Assembly: GCA_964390335.1 (NCBI GenBank)
Contig: CAYMHU010000001.1
Location: forward strand, 158,225 to 222,224
Origin: an uncultured Granulosicoccaceae bacterium
GTDB lineage: Bacteria > Pseudomonadota > Gammaproteobacteria > Granulosicoccales > Granulosicoccaceae
DNA length: 64,000 nucleotides
Reading direction: 5' to 3'
This document shows, in pieces, positions 28,494-38,346 of the stretch. Numbering within the stretch: position 1 is the first letter of the stretch; each line of letters starts with the position of its first letter. A model generated the notes under the pieces. It saw only the letters and a program-made list of their open reading frames with translations. It ran no database searches and was not told where the DNA came from. A program made the translations under genes and the position numbers.

Positions 28494-29561
28494 ATGAATA
28501 CGACTACTGAAATTACTGGCGAATTTGCATTGCTTGATCAGCTATCCACGGCTGTGCTGCTGCTCGACGACGCGCTGCGTATTGTGTACGTCAATGCGGC
28601 TGGTGAGCAGCTGCTGGGCGCCAGTGCGAGTCGCACCATTGGACGGCGATTGACTCAGGTTGTGACTTTGAGCGATGAGCTGCTCACGCGCATGCGCGAA
28701 TCGCTGGAGCATGGTCAACCGTTTACAGATCGTCGCGCAAGCTTTGAACCTCGCGGTCACGATCACAAACTGGTGGACTGCGCCATCACCCCTTACAGCA
28801 CGCAACGCTTAAGTCGCGGACTGCTAATTGAGATTGTTGCGATTGATCGACCACTGCGTATCGCTCGCGATGAAGCGATTTTGTCGCAGCAAGAGCATGC
28901 ACGTTCGTTGTTACGCGGGCTTGCTCATGAAGTTAAAAACCCATTAGGCGGACTACGTGGTGCAGCACAATTATTGGAGAAGCAATTAAGCGATCCCGAA
29001 TTACACGACTACACGTCCATCATTATTCGTGAAGCCGATCGTTTGCAGTCTTTGATAGATCGCATGCTGGGACCCAGCACAAAACCAAAGCACGAACAGG
29101 TCAACGTACATGAAGTATTAGAGCACGTACGAAAAATCACCTTAGTTGGAGCGCCAAGTGGTGTGAACATCACTTTCGACTATGACCCCAGTATTCCGGA
29201 GTTTCATAGCGATAGAGATCGACTGATCCAAGTACTTTTAAACATTGCCGGCAACGCCATTAACGCGATTGGACCAAAAGGCAATATCGTTTTCAAATCT
29301 CGCGTTATCAGTAGTTTTACGATTGGTTCTGAACGACACCCTCTTGTTGCCGCGTTAGAAATACGCGACGACGGCCCGGGCGTTCCGGAACATTTAATGG
29401 ATCAAATTTTCTATCCGATGGTATCGGGTACAGACATTGGCAGCGGGCTTGGACTATCCATAGCCCAAAACATCATGAATCAGCTTGGCGGTCTTATTGA
29501 ATGCCAAAGCGAACCGGGGAATACCGTATTCACGGTATTAACTCCGCTGGAGATAGTATGA
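28494..29561 (+). CDS. ntrB: Nitrogen regulation sensor kinase NtrB
   Basis: PAS, LAHEVKNPLGGLRGAAQLL, FDYDPSIP, DDGPG, GSGLGLSIAQ. Confidence 0.95.
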   Translation: MNTTTEITGEFALLDQLSTAVLLLDDALRIVYVNAAGEQLLGASASRTIGRRLTQVVTLSDELLTRMRESLEHGQPFTDRRASFEPRGHDHKLVDCAITPYSTQRLSRGLLIEIVAIDRPLRIARDEAILSQQEHARSLLRGLAHEVKNPLGGLRGAAQLLEKQLSDPELHDYTSIIIREADRLQSLIDRMLGPSTKPKHEQVNVHEVLEHVRKITLVGAPSGVNITFDYDPSIPEFHSDRDRLIQVLLNIAGNAINAIGPKGNIVFKSRVISSFTIGSERHPLVAALEIRDDGPGVPEHLMDQIFYPMVSGTDIGSGLGLSIAQNIMNQLGGLIECQSEPGNTVFTVLTPLEIV

Positions 29562-30970
29562 GCGGCGAATATATTTGGGTCATAGACGACGATCAGTCCA
29601 TTCGATGGGTACTGGAAAAAGCGTTGAAACAGGCTGATATGGAAGTATCAACCTTTGAAACAGCAGACGATGCGTTGCAGATGGTGCGTGACAATGCCAT
29701 TCCTCCCAACGCGATAATCAGCGACATTCGTATGCCGGGTTCTGACGGCTTATCACTGTTAAAACAGATTAAAAGTATTCATCCCGAGTTACCCGTGCTG
29801 ATCATGACAGCATTCTCTGATTTAGACAGCACCGTGTCTGCGTTTGAAGAAGGCGCGTTTGAATACATTCCAAAACCATTCGATGTTGATCAGGTTATTG
29901 AACGCACGCAACGCGCCTGTGAAGTATTGGCGGAAAAACAGAAAACGCCACCGCGTTCGGCTAAGGCAGATACCGATGAAGAGCAACACGATGAGCTGAT
30001 TGGTGATGCGCCGGCAATGCAGGAAGTGTTCAAAGCCATTGGCAGGCTTAGTAAATCAAAAATCACCGTTATGATTAACGGGGAATCCGGCACTGGTAAA
30101 GAACTGATTGCACAAGCCCTGCACCGCCACAGTCCACGTTCAAGTAAGCCTTTTGTTGCGCTGAATATGGCAGCCATTCCGCACGATTTAATGGAATCAG
30201 AATTATTTGGTCATGAAAAAGGGGCATTTACCGGCGCGCAGTCCATGCGCGTGGGTCGTTTCGAACAATCCGATGGTGGCACGCTATTCTTAGATGAAAT
30301 TGGTGATATGCCAGCCACCTTGCAAACCCGTTTGCTGCGAGTGCTTGCTGACGGACAATTTTATCGTGTTGGCGGTCATACCCCAATTAAAGTGGATGTG
30401 CGCATTATCGCAGCCACGCACCAAAACTTAGAAACGTTAGTTGACCAAAAGCTGTTTAGAGAAGATTTATTCCATCGTTTAAACGTGATTCGCATTGAGG
30501 CGCCACCACTGCGTGAACGGCGCGAAGATATTCCCATGCTGTTAAATCACTTTCTGGAAAAAGCGGCAACAGAGCTTAACGAAACAACAAAGAAGATGAC
30601 GCCAGAGTTTAAGGCTTATGTCACAGCTTTACCGTGGCCAGGCAATGTCCGCCAGCTACAAAATACCGCTCATTGGTTAACAGTCATGGCCAGCGGCAAC
30701 GATTTAAAAGTGGAAGACCTGCCGAAACACAATCAGGAACTGCCGATCGAGGTAGATTCTGACTGGGAAGCAAGTTTCCGGCAATGGGCTAATAAACAAT
30801 TGCACGATGGCGAAACCAATTTACTGTCTAAAGCCACGCCTGCGTTTGAGCGAATATTAATTCAAGTGGCGTTAAATAAAACCCAAGACAAGCGACAAGA
30901 AGCCGCACGACTTTTGGGTTGGGGTCGGAATACGTTGACGCGTAAAATTCGTGAATTGGAATTAGATTAG
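29558..30970 (+). CDS. ntrC: Nitrogen regulation response regulator NtrC
   Basis: REC (DDD, DIRMP), [46 protein letters not shown]. Confidence 0.96.
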   Translation: MSGEYIWVIDDDQSIRWVLEKALKQADMEVSTFETADDALQMVRDNAIPPNAIISDIRMPGSDGLSLLKQIKSIHPELPVLIMTAFSDLDSTVSAFEEGAFEYIPKPFDVDQVIERTQRACEVLAEKQKTPPRSAKADTDEEQHDELIGDAPAMQEVFKAIGRLSKSKITVMINGESGTGKELIAQALHRHSPRSSKPFVALNMAAIPHDLMESELFGHEKGAFTGAQSMRVGRFEQSDGGTLFLDEIGDMPATLQTRLLRVLADGQFYRVGGHTPIKVDVRIIAATHQNLETLVDQKLFREDLFHRLNVIRIEAPPLRERREDIPMLLNHFLEKAATELNETTKKMTPEFKAYVTALPWPGNVRQLQNTAHWLTVMASGNDLKVEDLPKHNQELPIEVDSDWEASFRQWANKQLHDGETNLLSKATPAFERILIQVALNKTQDKRQEAARLLGWGRNTLTRKIRELELD

Positions 30971-31058
30971 TAACAGCTGCATCCGCCAGTAAGCGCATGA
31001 TTTGGCCAGCAAACTAAACTTATGACTAGTACGCTTATTACAGCAAACAAGGATTTCA

Positions 31059-31373
31059 AATGGAAAGCTTGGAGATAAATATACCGTCGAACAGGGATAT
31101 GAGTTCGCAAAGGCTACAGGGCTAGATATTCTTGCTGTAGTAAAACTTGAGTTAGGGTCATTAGAGAAAGTCACTAGAGTGGTGAAAATACAAGGTTTTG
31201 TAAATGCCACAAGTGACTTCCAACAGCACCCCAAAGTGCTAGATGGTTGTTCTGATCTGATGGCTCAAATTTTTGAAGAAAAAGGCGTGCATGCTCGCTC
31301 AGTCTTTGGAGCAAATTCAGTCCGCGGTAATCTGCCGATCATCATCGATTCCATATTCGAGTTTTCAATCTGA
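31059..31373 (+). pseudogene. RidA/YjgF-family gene, 5'-truncated
   Basis: In-frame GKLGDKYTVEQGY..LGSLEKVTRVVKIQGFVNA..FQQHPKVLDGCSDL..HARS; in-frame TGA at 31023 and no N-terminal segment or start. Confidence 0.7.
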
Positions 31374-31455
31374 ATTGACATCAAAGCATTGTTGTGGTCA
31401 ATTGGCGTTGTTTGTGCCAAATACATTATTACCCAGGAAATATTGGATACGTGAA

Positions 31456-32409
31456 ATGAGTTTTAGCCCGTGCCCCGACCCTACATTGGGCGACCGCAAT
31501 AGCTGCGATGCCATTGACCTTGTAATCGTGCCCAGAGCCGTGGATCTCGGTGAAATGACTGTTCGCCGAGCACTGCCTTCCACACAACGACAAATGGTTG
31601 GACCGTTTATATTTTTTGATCAAATGGGGCCAGCTGAATTTCTAACCAACCAAGGGATTGATGTTCGACCACATCCTCATATCAACCTTGCCACATTAAC
31701 CTATTTATTGAAGGGTGAGATTGTTCATAAGGATAGTTTGGGTTCTGATCTACCTATTCGCCCTGGCGAGGTTAATCTAATGAGCGCTGGAAAGGGAATC
31801 GTACACTCTGAACGAACCAGCGAGCACCACAAGCAGCACGGACAAACTCTATTTGGCCTTCAAACTTGGATGGCATTGCCCATTAATCAAGAAGAAGGAT
31901 CGCCTGCATTTACGCATCTTGGGAGAGCTGAACTGCCTACTATTGACGCAGAGGGTATTCATGCAAGAGTGATCGCTGGTAGTGCACTGGGCGTTAACTC
32001 GCCTTTAATTACTGCTTCACCAACACTCTACGTCCATACAACACTGTCTCCGAGATCGCAGCTACCTGTGCCAACCGACTATATCGAGCGTGCAATCTAT
32101 CTGCTGTCGGGCGAAATATCCATTGACAATAGTCAGTTTTCCGCTGGTCAACTAGTGATACTTAAGCGCAATCAAGAAGTTGTTATAAAGGCGTCTGATC
32201 ACGCAGAATTCATGTTATTCGGTGGAGAACCTATGGATGGGCCACGCTACATCTGGTGGAACTTTGTATCCTCTCGGATCGAACGAATCGAACTCGCCAA
32301 GGAAGAATGGTCTCAAGGTGTATTTGATACCGTGCCCGGTGATGAGGACGAGTTCATACCACTGCCAGCTGACGAATATCAACCGCGACTTGCGAAAGGT
32401 TCTGATTAA
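31456..32409 (+). CDS. Pirin family protein
   Basis: VGPFIFFDQMGP, VRPHPHINLATLTYL, HKDSLG, MSAGKGIVHSER, IWWNFVSS. Confidence 0.9.
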   Translation: MSFSPCPDPTLGDRNSCDAIDLVIVPRAVDLGEMTVRRALPSTQRQMVGPFIFFDQMGPAEFLTNQGIDVRPHPHINLATLTYLLKGEIVHKDSLGSDLPIRPGEVNLMSAGKGIVHSERTSEHHKQHGQTLFGLQTWMALPINQEEGSPAFTHLGRAELPTIDAEGIHARVIAGSALGVNSPLITASPTLYVHTTLSPRSQLPVPTDYIERAIYLLSGEISIDNSQFSAGQLVILKRNQEVVIKASDHAEFMLFGGEPMDGPRYIWWNFVSSRIERIELAKEEWSQGVFDTVPGDEDEFIPLPADEYQPRLAKGSD

Positions 32410-32417
32410 CTAGGACA

Positions 32418-32520
32418 TACCCAACTAATCGCGCAAAACACCCGCACATTTAGCATGAACACTGGCCACATCCCATTGGCCTTCTCGGGTGCAGGCATTC
32501 ACATACGAGCGGTGTACGCG
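32418..32520 (-). repeat. Diverged duplicate of the last 31 codons and stop of the prepilin-like gene (matches 33891-33993)
   Basis: Encodes RVHRSYVNACTREGQWDVASVHAKCAGVLRD*; 13 differences in 96 coding nt, 10 synonymous. Confidence 0.9.
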
Positions 32521-32568
32521 ACGATGTTGGACGTACTAGTTGGATTTGCGCGAAGTAGAGAGCAAAAA

Positions 32569-32590
32569 AGGCCGATTTTGGCCAAGTGCT
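32569..32590 (+). repeat. Copy of cassette-boundary repeat next to RHH promoter
   Basis: A-GGCCGAT-TTTGGCCA-AGTGCT. Confidence 0.4.
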
Positions 32591-32594
32591 TCAA

Positions 32595-32624
32595 TTGACA
32601 CCCGGTATAACTTCGGTTATACCG
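32595..32624 (+). promoter_or_regulatory. Sigma70 promoter with inverted-repeat operator for RHH antitoxin
   Basis: TTGACA-17bp-TATACC, 6 nt to ATG; perfect IR CGGTATAAC-TTCG-GTTATACCG. Confidence 0.7.
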
Positions 32625-32629
32625 AACGC

Positions 32630-32848
32630 ATGAAAACGGCTATTTCAATACCAGACAAAATCTATGAAGCAGCGGAGAAAGCTGCGAAGCGTCTAGGTGT
32701 ATCTCGTAGCGAGTTTTACGTGAATGCTATCGAGGAATATCTTGGCAAAACGTCAGATGAAAATCTAACAGAAGAACTGAACAAGGTTCATTCCAATCCA
32801 AAGTCCCTACCCCAAAGCGAGCTTGACCGACAGGGAATCAGTGGTTAA
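32630..32848 (+). CDS. CopG/ribbon-helix-helix antitoxin (MazF partner type), C-terminus altered by deletion
   Basis: MKTAISIPDKIYEAAEKAAKRLGVSRSEFYVNAIEEYL. Confidence 0.8.
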   Translation: MKTAISIPDKIYEAAEKAAKRLGVSRSEFYVNAIEEYLGKTSDENLTEELNKVHSNPKSLPQSELDRQGISG

Positions 32849-32945
32849 TGTATCGCAGATAGTAACACTCATTAAATCTTTCCTTTCTGATAAAGCTGAA
32901 AAAATCAATCCATCGAAAATGAAAGATATTGAGGACGGACTGTGA
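32808..32945 (+). pseudogene. C-terminal remnant of PemK/MazF toxin
   Basis: Frame reads PKASLTDRESVVNVSQIVTLIKSFL..KMKDIEDGL*LPL; no N-terminal part; TGA at 32943. Confidence 0.7.
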
Positions 32946-33035
32946 CTGCCCTTGAACGAATTTATCTTTCGCTCAGTGCACACTACCACCAGTTTACGAA
33001 CCGGTCCGAAGCTCTTCTCCAGGAATTTTTAATTG

Positions 33036-33329
33036 TTATGCTGCAAAAAGTTCGATAAGAACTTCTGGCCTTTTCAAGGCGATAGTGATGAGCTTTTGTG
33101 CTGCAGCTGACGGTTTTCTTTCATTCTGTTCCCATTTTTGCAGAGTCCGCACGGAAACACCCAGTAGTGCCGAAAATTGAGCTTGTGACATATTCAAATT
33201 AACACGTGCAGCTACAATCTCAGACGTCGGCACAACATTACCACTAACACTTTTAATTTCTTTCGCTGCTGCCAATAGCTCAGCGGCCAAATCTCGATCT
33301 GCGTCTTCAATTCGGTTGTCTTTACTCAT
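33036..33329 (-). CDS. HTH (HigA/NadS-like) antitoxin
   Basis: ARVNLNMSQAQFSALLGVSVRTLQKWEQNERKPS. Confidence 0.85.
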   Translation of the reverse strand: MSKDNRIEDADRDLAAELLAAAKEIKSVSGNVVPTSEIVAARVNLNMSQAQFSALLGVSVRTLQKWEQNERKPSAAAQKLITIALKRPEVLIELFAA

Positions 33330-33634
33330 GTGACCAACACCTCTTTCAATTTCTTTAAATCACGCACTTTCATATTCTCTTTGACATTTTTCCCGTAGAT
33401 CGTCATTAAGTGCACGTAGTTTTCAATACCTGCGAAATAAATGACACGCACGCCACCACGTTTACCCCCACTTTTTGCCTGCCATCGAATTTTTCTTACG
33501 CCGCCTGAACCAGGAACAACTTCACCCGCTTTTGCATGGCAGGCAATCCAAGAAGCAAATTCTAGAAACTCTTCATCACTCCAATATCGAGATTTTTCTG
33601 CTTCAAATATGCTGGACTCGATAACGGTGTGCAT
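33326..33634 (-). CDS. RelE/HigB-2 family toxin
   Basis: GEVVPGSGGVRKIRW...GKRGGVRVIYF...IYGKNVKENM; toxin-first order. Confidence 0.85.
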   Translation of the reverse strand: MHTVIESSIFEAEKSRYWSDEEFLEFASWIACHAKAGEVVPGSGGVRKIRWQAKSGGKRGGVRVIYFAGIENYVHLMTIYGKNVKENMKVRDLKKLKEVLVT

Positions 33635-33640
33635 CAACAA

Positions 33641-33669
33641 AATATACCCCATTGGGGTACGCTGAGCAA
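33641..33669 (-). promoter_or_regulatory. Sigma70 promoter with palindromic operator for higBA-like operon
   Basis: TTGCTC-17bp-TATATT, 6 nt to ATG; IR TACCCCA-T-TGGGGTA (33645-33659). Confidence 0.65.
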
Positions 33670-33751
33670 GTCAGCTTGGCCGTTAGCGCAAACTGCAAGT
33701 ACTCTCCGTAAACACCAGTTAATATGTCATTGGCTGCGGCCAGAGGCTAAC
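33669..33751 (+). repeat. Two degenerate copies of cassette-boundary repeat
   Basis: A-GTCAGCT-TGGCCG-TTAGCGC (33669) and TTGGCTGC-GGCCAG-AGGCTAAC (33730). Confidence 0.35.
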
Positions 33752-33897
33752 TGATTAATTGATGAGAAGAGAAAAGGAACCTACCACCACGACCGCATAA
33801 GCACAGATATTGATGGCGAAAAGGTCGAACCAACCTTGGCAGACTCCGAACGTGTAGATGAGCTAACAGCTCTCGCGGTCTAACCCGCGTTACCCAA

Positions 33898-34602
33898 CTA
33901 CTCGCGCAACACACCCGCACAATTAGCATGACCACTGGCCACATCCCATTGACCTTCACGTGTACAAGCATTTACATAAGAGCGGTGCACACGGAATCGC
34001 CCACTTTCAGGTTTGCCATCATCAAGCTTCATATCAAGTTGTGACAAAATGTTTACCGGGATATGATCGCCGGTGAAAAATTCGTGGGCTAGACCTTCCA
34101 CATCAGCCGCTTGTGCGCTGTAGCTTATTTTGTAATAACCATTGAACGGATTGCGGGGACACGTTTGTGGCCCGCATTCCATATCGGACGCGGTACCGGT
34201 TGCGTTTTGCGCACCATCAAAGTTGCCGGAGATAAGCCCTGCTAACGCTAACTGTTGCCAAACTGCCGCGCGCTCCTGGCCGCCGTCTATACGTCCATTG
34301 CCGTTGCCCTGCACTGCAGCATTATCTATTTGGGTGCGGGCGGATGCGAAGTCACCAGGGATAGAGCGGTAACGTTCCTGAAACGAAAACCATGCCGCAC
34401 GAATACCGGATACATCGGCGCTTAATGAACGGACGCGAGCACTATCGATAAGCGCCTGCCCCTTGAAAACCCCGCCCATTATTAAGCCAATAATAACGAG
34501 CACAATGGCGATTTCAACGAGTGTGAAGCCCGTTTGTGGCTTGCCAATCTGAGTGTTGCCCATCTTCTTTAACCCATCTAAGCGATTAGTGTGTCGTGAC
34601 AT
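33898..34602 (-). CDS. Prepilin-type N-terminal cleavage/methylation protein (type IV pilin-like)
   Basis: G|FTLVEIAIVLVIIGLIMGGV; AAGGAG RBS before ATG 34602; C-terminal Cys pair. Confidence 0.85.
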   Translation of the reverse strand: MSRHTNRLDGLKKMGNTQIGKPQTGFTLVEIAIVLVIIGLIMGGVFKGQALIDSARVRSLSADVSGIRAAWFSFQERYRSIPGDFASARTQIDNAAVQGNGNGRIDGGQERAAVWQQLALAGLISGNFDGAQNATGTASDMECGPQTCPRNPFNGYYKISYSAQAADVEGLAHEFFTGDHIPVNILSQLDMKLDDGKPESGRFRVHRSYVNACTREGQWDVASGHANCAGVLRE

Positions 34603-34741
34603 GCTCAATCTCCTTATTGAATGTCGGTGTGCTTTGCAGCAGATAGCGGCTAGTTTCCGTGATAGACACTAATTAATCAACAGTGAAAAAGTTCAGTGAT
34701 TAGTTTTTGATCGTGAACACTGTTGCGCTAGCCGGTACCCA

Positions 34742-36136
34742 CTAAAACGGTGCACTTCTGGGCACACGGGGAAACGGTATAGCATCGCGAATATTTTCCA
34801 TACCTGTGACGTAAGTGACCAAGCGTTCGAAACCCAATCCAAAACCGGCATGCGGTGCTGTGCCGTATCGACGCAAATCGCGATACCAACCCAGATGCTC
34901 AGCCAGGTCATTTTCACTTAAGCGTGCATCCAAATAATCGAGCCGCTCTTCACGCTGGCTACCACCAATAATCTCACCAATACCCGGTGCCAAAACATCC
35001 ATCGCAGCAACGGTTTTTTCATCATCGTTCAAACGCATATAAAACGCTTTAATCTCTTTCGGGTAGTTCATAAGAATCACGGGGCGACCCACGTGCTCTT
35101 CTGCAAGATAGCGCTCGTGCTCTGATTGCAAATCCAAACCCCAAGTGACTGGGAATTCGAATTTCTTTTTGGAAGCCTTCAAAATCTCTATGGCATCGGT
35201 GTAATCCATACGTTCAAACTCTGAATTCACCATAGCGTTGAGTCTGTTCAGCGCTTCTTTATCAACGCGCTGCGCGAAGAATTCCATATCGCTGCCGCTT
35301 TCATTTAGTACTGCATTAAACAAGTATTTTAAGAAATCTTCTGCCAAGGTCGCGTTATCGGCTAAGTCAGCAAACGCAACCTCCGGCTCTACCATCCAGA
35401 ACTCTGCAAGGTGGCGGCTGGTGTTCGAGTTCTCGGCGCGAAATGTCGGGCCAAAAGTGTATACGCGTGTTAATGCCAACGCATACGCTTCGGCATTTAA
35501 TTGACCCGACACCGTTAAGTAGGCTTCATCTCCAAAAAAATCTTTATCGAAATCCACATTGCCTTTATCGTTTCGGGGCGTGTTCACCATATCCAGCGTA
35601 CTAACGCGAAATAATTCCCCTGCTCCTTCGCAATCACTGGTGGTAATGATGGGTGTATTTACCCAATGAAACTGGCGCTCATGGAAATAGCGATGAATAG
35701 CGCTGGATAAGGTAGACCGAACCCGACTGATAGCACCAAACGCATTGGTACGCGGGCGCAAGTGCGCAACGCTGCGTAAGTATTCAAACGTGTGCCGCTT
35801 CTTGGCAATGGGATAAGTTTCCGGGTCGTCCACCCAGCCCAATACAGTGACTGCACTGGCTAATACTTCAACGCTTTGCCCCTTCCCTTGTGACTCAACC
35901 AGCTTGCCGGTGACTTCTACAGCGCAACCGGCGGATAAATGCAGTACTTCATCGTTGTAGTTGGATAACGTATTTTCTACAACAATTTGCAACGCATCGA
36001 AACACGAGCCGTCATACACAGCTACAAACGATAAGCCGGCTTTGGAATCGCGGCGACTGCGAACCCAACCTTTAACGAGCACATCACTGCCAACGTTCGC
36101 ATCTTTAAATACATCTGAAATGAGTGTTTGATTCAT
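34742..36136 (-). CDS. asnS: Asparagine--tRNA ligase
   Basis: [60 protein letters not shown]. Confidence 0.97.
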   Translation of the reverse strand: MNQTLISDVFKDANVGSDVLVKGWVRSRRDSKAGLSFVAVYDGSCFDALQIVVENTLSNYNDEVLHLSAGCAVEVTGKLVESQGKGQSVEVLASAVTVLGWVDDPETYPIAKKRHTFEYLRSVAHLRPRTNAFGAISRVRSTLSSAIHRYFHERQFHWVNTPIITTSDCEGAGELFRVSTLDMVNTPRNDKGNVDFDKDFFGDEAYLTVSGQLNAEAYALALTRVYTFGPTFRAENSNTSRHLAEFWMVEPEVAFADLADNATLAEDFLKYLFNAVLNESGSDMEFFAQRVDKEALNRLNAMVNSEFERMDYTDAIEILKASKKKFEFPVTWGLDLQSEHERYLAEEHVGRPVILMNYPKEIKAFYMRLNDDEKTVAAMDVLAPGIGEIIGGSQREERLDYLDARLSENDLAEHLGWYRDLRRYGTAPHAGFGLGFERLVTYVTGMENIRDAIPFPRVPRSAPF

Positions 36137-37173
36137 AGGTTTACATTATCAATCGGTGTTTGTGTTGTGCTATCCCCTGCAAGTCTGACACACAACGATT
36201 CGAAGGTATCCCATACATCACCTTCTGCATGACCCTTGGCGAGTTTATCTAGATGTGTTGCCGCCGATAACATATGCAACCAGCTCGATGCCGTGTGTCT
36301 TGCCATGGCGATTTTTAGCGGTGCCATTCGGTTTGCCCAAACACCAGCACTCTTGAGTGCCGAATCAATGGCAACACCTTGCTCATGTGCTTCAGCCGCT
36401 CGCGCACCACTGCGAATCTCCTGAGTTAACGACCACAGAATAAGCACCGGTGCCACCGCTTCATCACGTAAGCCACGAACGATTCTTACAGTGCGAACCC
36501 CATCACCTTGCAACGCAGCCTGCACCAGATCACCAATGGAGAATCGTGCGCTGTCGGCAACCGCTGACAATACATCATCAACTTGCAGCTCACCTTGTGG
36601 ATGCAACAGGGCCAGACGTTCCACTTCCTGACTGGCGGCTAACATATTGCCTTCAACACGATCAGTGATCAGCGCGATGGCATCGGGCGTGGCATTTAAT
36701 CCGTGATCACTGAGTTTGCGTTGCAGCCAGCGCTTCAATGCAGCGGGTTCTATTGGCCACACAGCAATGGTAACGCCCGCTTTATCGATGGCCTTAAACC
36801 AGGCACTTGATGTAGCACTGCGATCAAGCTTAGGACTGGTAATCAGGAGCAGCACATCGTCGGCAGGATTAGCACAGTACTGCTTTAGCACGTCACCGCC
36901 GGTTCTGCCCGGCTTGCCAGTAGGTAGCCGCAGATCGATCAGACGCTTTTCGGCAAACAAGGACATGCTGTCGGCCGCTTCACGAAACGATGACCAATCT
37001 GCATCGTCACTCGCCGATAACACTTGCCGTTCATCATAGCCATTCGCTTTGGCGTGCGCTCGAAGCTGATCGCTGATCTGCATCAACTGATACGGCTCAT
37101 CACCGTGCAGTAGATACACCGGTGCGGTTTGCCGATCTAAATGCGCTTTGAGTTTGTCTGGGTAGAGTTTCAA
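36133..37173 (-). CDS. holA: DNA polymerase III delta subunit
   Basis: [29 protein letters not shown]; probable TTG start (LKLYPDKL). Confidence 0.9.
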   Translation of the reverse strand: MKLYPDKLKAHLDRQTAPVYLLHGDEPYQLMQISDQLRAHAKANGYDERQVLSASDDADWSSFREAADSMSLFAEKRLIDLRLPTGKPGRTGGDVLKQYCANPADDVLLLITSPKLDRSATSSAWFKAIDKAGVTIAVWPIEPAALKRWLQRKLSDHGLNATPDAIALITDRVEGNMLAASQEVERLALLHPQGELQVDDVLSAVADSARFSIGDLVQAALQGDGVRTVRIVRGLRDEAVAPVLILWSLTQEIRSGARAAEAHEQGVAIDSALKSAGVWANRMAPLKIAMARHTASSWLHMLSAATHLDKLAKGHAEGDVWDTFESLCVRLAGDSTTQTPIDNVNL

Positions 37174-37290
37174 TGGATTGCAGCAATTGCACACAGTCAT
37201 ACTTCAGGTATGAGATAGTACCAAAATCCCGAGTACGGGCTTCATTTATTCATTATTCATTTAAAATTCAATATCACGTTCTAAATCACC

Positions 37291-38346
37291 ATGAACACCA
37301 CAGCAAACCCATCAGCTGCCGCGCCACGCGATGCGCTATACGCATTAGCTCGGGCCATTCTGTTCCGCATGGATCCCGAAAAAGCCCACGATTGTGCACT
37401 GCAATTGGCCGCGAACCCTATTATCCGCAAGCTCAATTCGACCAAATACCGAACAGCATGCACACCAATTGAGTGCATGGGCTTACACCTGCAAAACCCC
37501 ATTGGTCTAGCCGCCGGCTTAGATAAAAACGGTGACTACATCGATGCCTTGGCCGCAATGGGATTCGGCTTTTTGGAAATTGGCACCGTGACACCCAAAG
37601 CACAAGACGGTAACGCCAAACCACGCATGTTTCGCCTCACCGAGCATGAAGCCATTATTAATCGCATGGGGTTTAACAACTACGGGGTTGATCATCTTGT
37701 GGATAAGGCAAGCAAACGACAATACCGCGGCGTGCTTGGGATCAATATCGGCAAAAACGCATCAACCCCGCTGGAAAGGGCCGACGATGATTATCTGCAT
37801 TGCCTGAAAAAAGTGTATCCGGTTGCCGACTATGTCACGGTGAATGTGTCCTCGCCCAACACGCAGGGGCTGCGCGATCTACAACATGGCGACAAATTGC
37901 GCTCCTTACTCAGCACAATGAAAAACAACCAATCAGCATTGTCCACTGAACACGGCAAATACAAACCACTGCTGATAAAAATTGCCCCGGACATGACTCA
38001 CGAGGAGCTCACCGACTTTTGTTTGGCAGTGCAGGAATTTGAGATTGACGGTGTTATAGCGGGCAATACCACGCGTGAGCGCGAACCTGTCAGAACCAGT
38101 CCGCACGCAGATGAGGATGGTGGCCTGAGCGGCAAACCGTTACTCACGCTGGCAAACGAGCGCCTGCAGTTTGTAGCACAGGCCCTGAAAGGCTCCAAAA
38201 CAGCCCTGATTGGGGTTGGAGGTGTCAGTAACGGCGATGATGCAGCACAAAAACGCCAGCTTGGTGCAGATCTTGTACAGCTATACACAGGTTTAATTTA
38301 CAGCGGGCCTGCCCTGGTCCGAGACTGCATACGGAAAACAGCATGA
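37291..38346 (+). CDS. pyrD: Dihydroorotate dehydrogenase (quinone), class 2
   Basis: NPIGLAAGLDKN, GTVTPKAQ.GN.KPR.FRL, NRMGFNN, NVSSPNT, GGLSG. Confidence 0.95.
   Translation: MNTTANPSAAAPRDALYALARAILFRMDPEKAHDCALQLAANPIIRKLNSTKYRTACTPIECMGLHLQNPIGLAAGLDKNGDYIDALAAMGFGFLEIGTVTPKAQDGNAKPRMFRLTEHEAIINRMGFNNYGVDHLVDKASKRQYRGVLGINIGKNASTPLERADDDYLHCLKKVYPVADYVTVNVSSPNTQGLRDLQHGDKLRSLLSTMKNNQSALSTEHGKYKPLLIKIAPDMTHEELTDFCLAVQEFEIDGVIAGNTTREREPVRTSPHADEDGGLSGKPLLTLANERLQFVAQALKGSKTALIGVGGVSNGDDAAQKRQLGADLVQLYTGLIYSGPALVRDCIRKTA

Noticed and set aside
31273-31455. N-terminal extension of the pirin ORF
   Set aside because: Overlaps the RidA remnant in another frame; the pirin-like sequence begins at ATG 31456.
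31025-32540. Inverted 9-mer ACTAGTACG/CGTACTAGT as terminal inverted repeats of a transposon
   Set aside because: The match does not extend, includes a self-palindromic 6-mer, and there is no transposase or target duplication.
32540-32629. N-terminal extension of the RHH ORF
   Set aside because: Runs through the promoter/operator and a repeat copy; the family start is MKTAIS at 32630.
33747-33971. 74-aa minus-strand ORF
   Set aside because: Out-of-frame overlap with the prepilin 3' end; no recognisable features.
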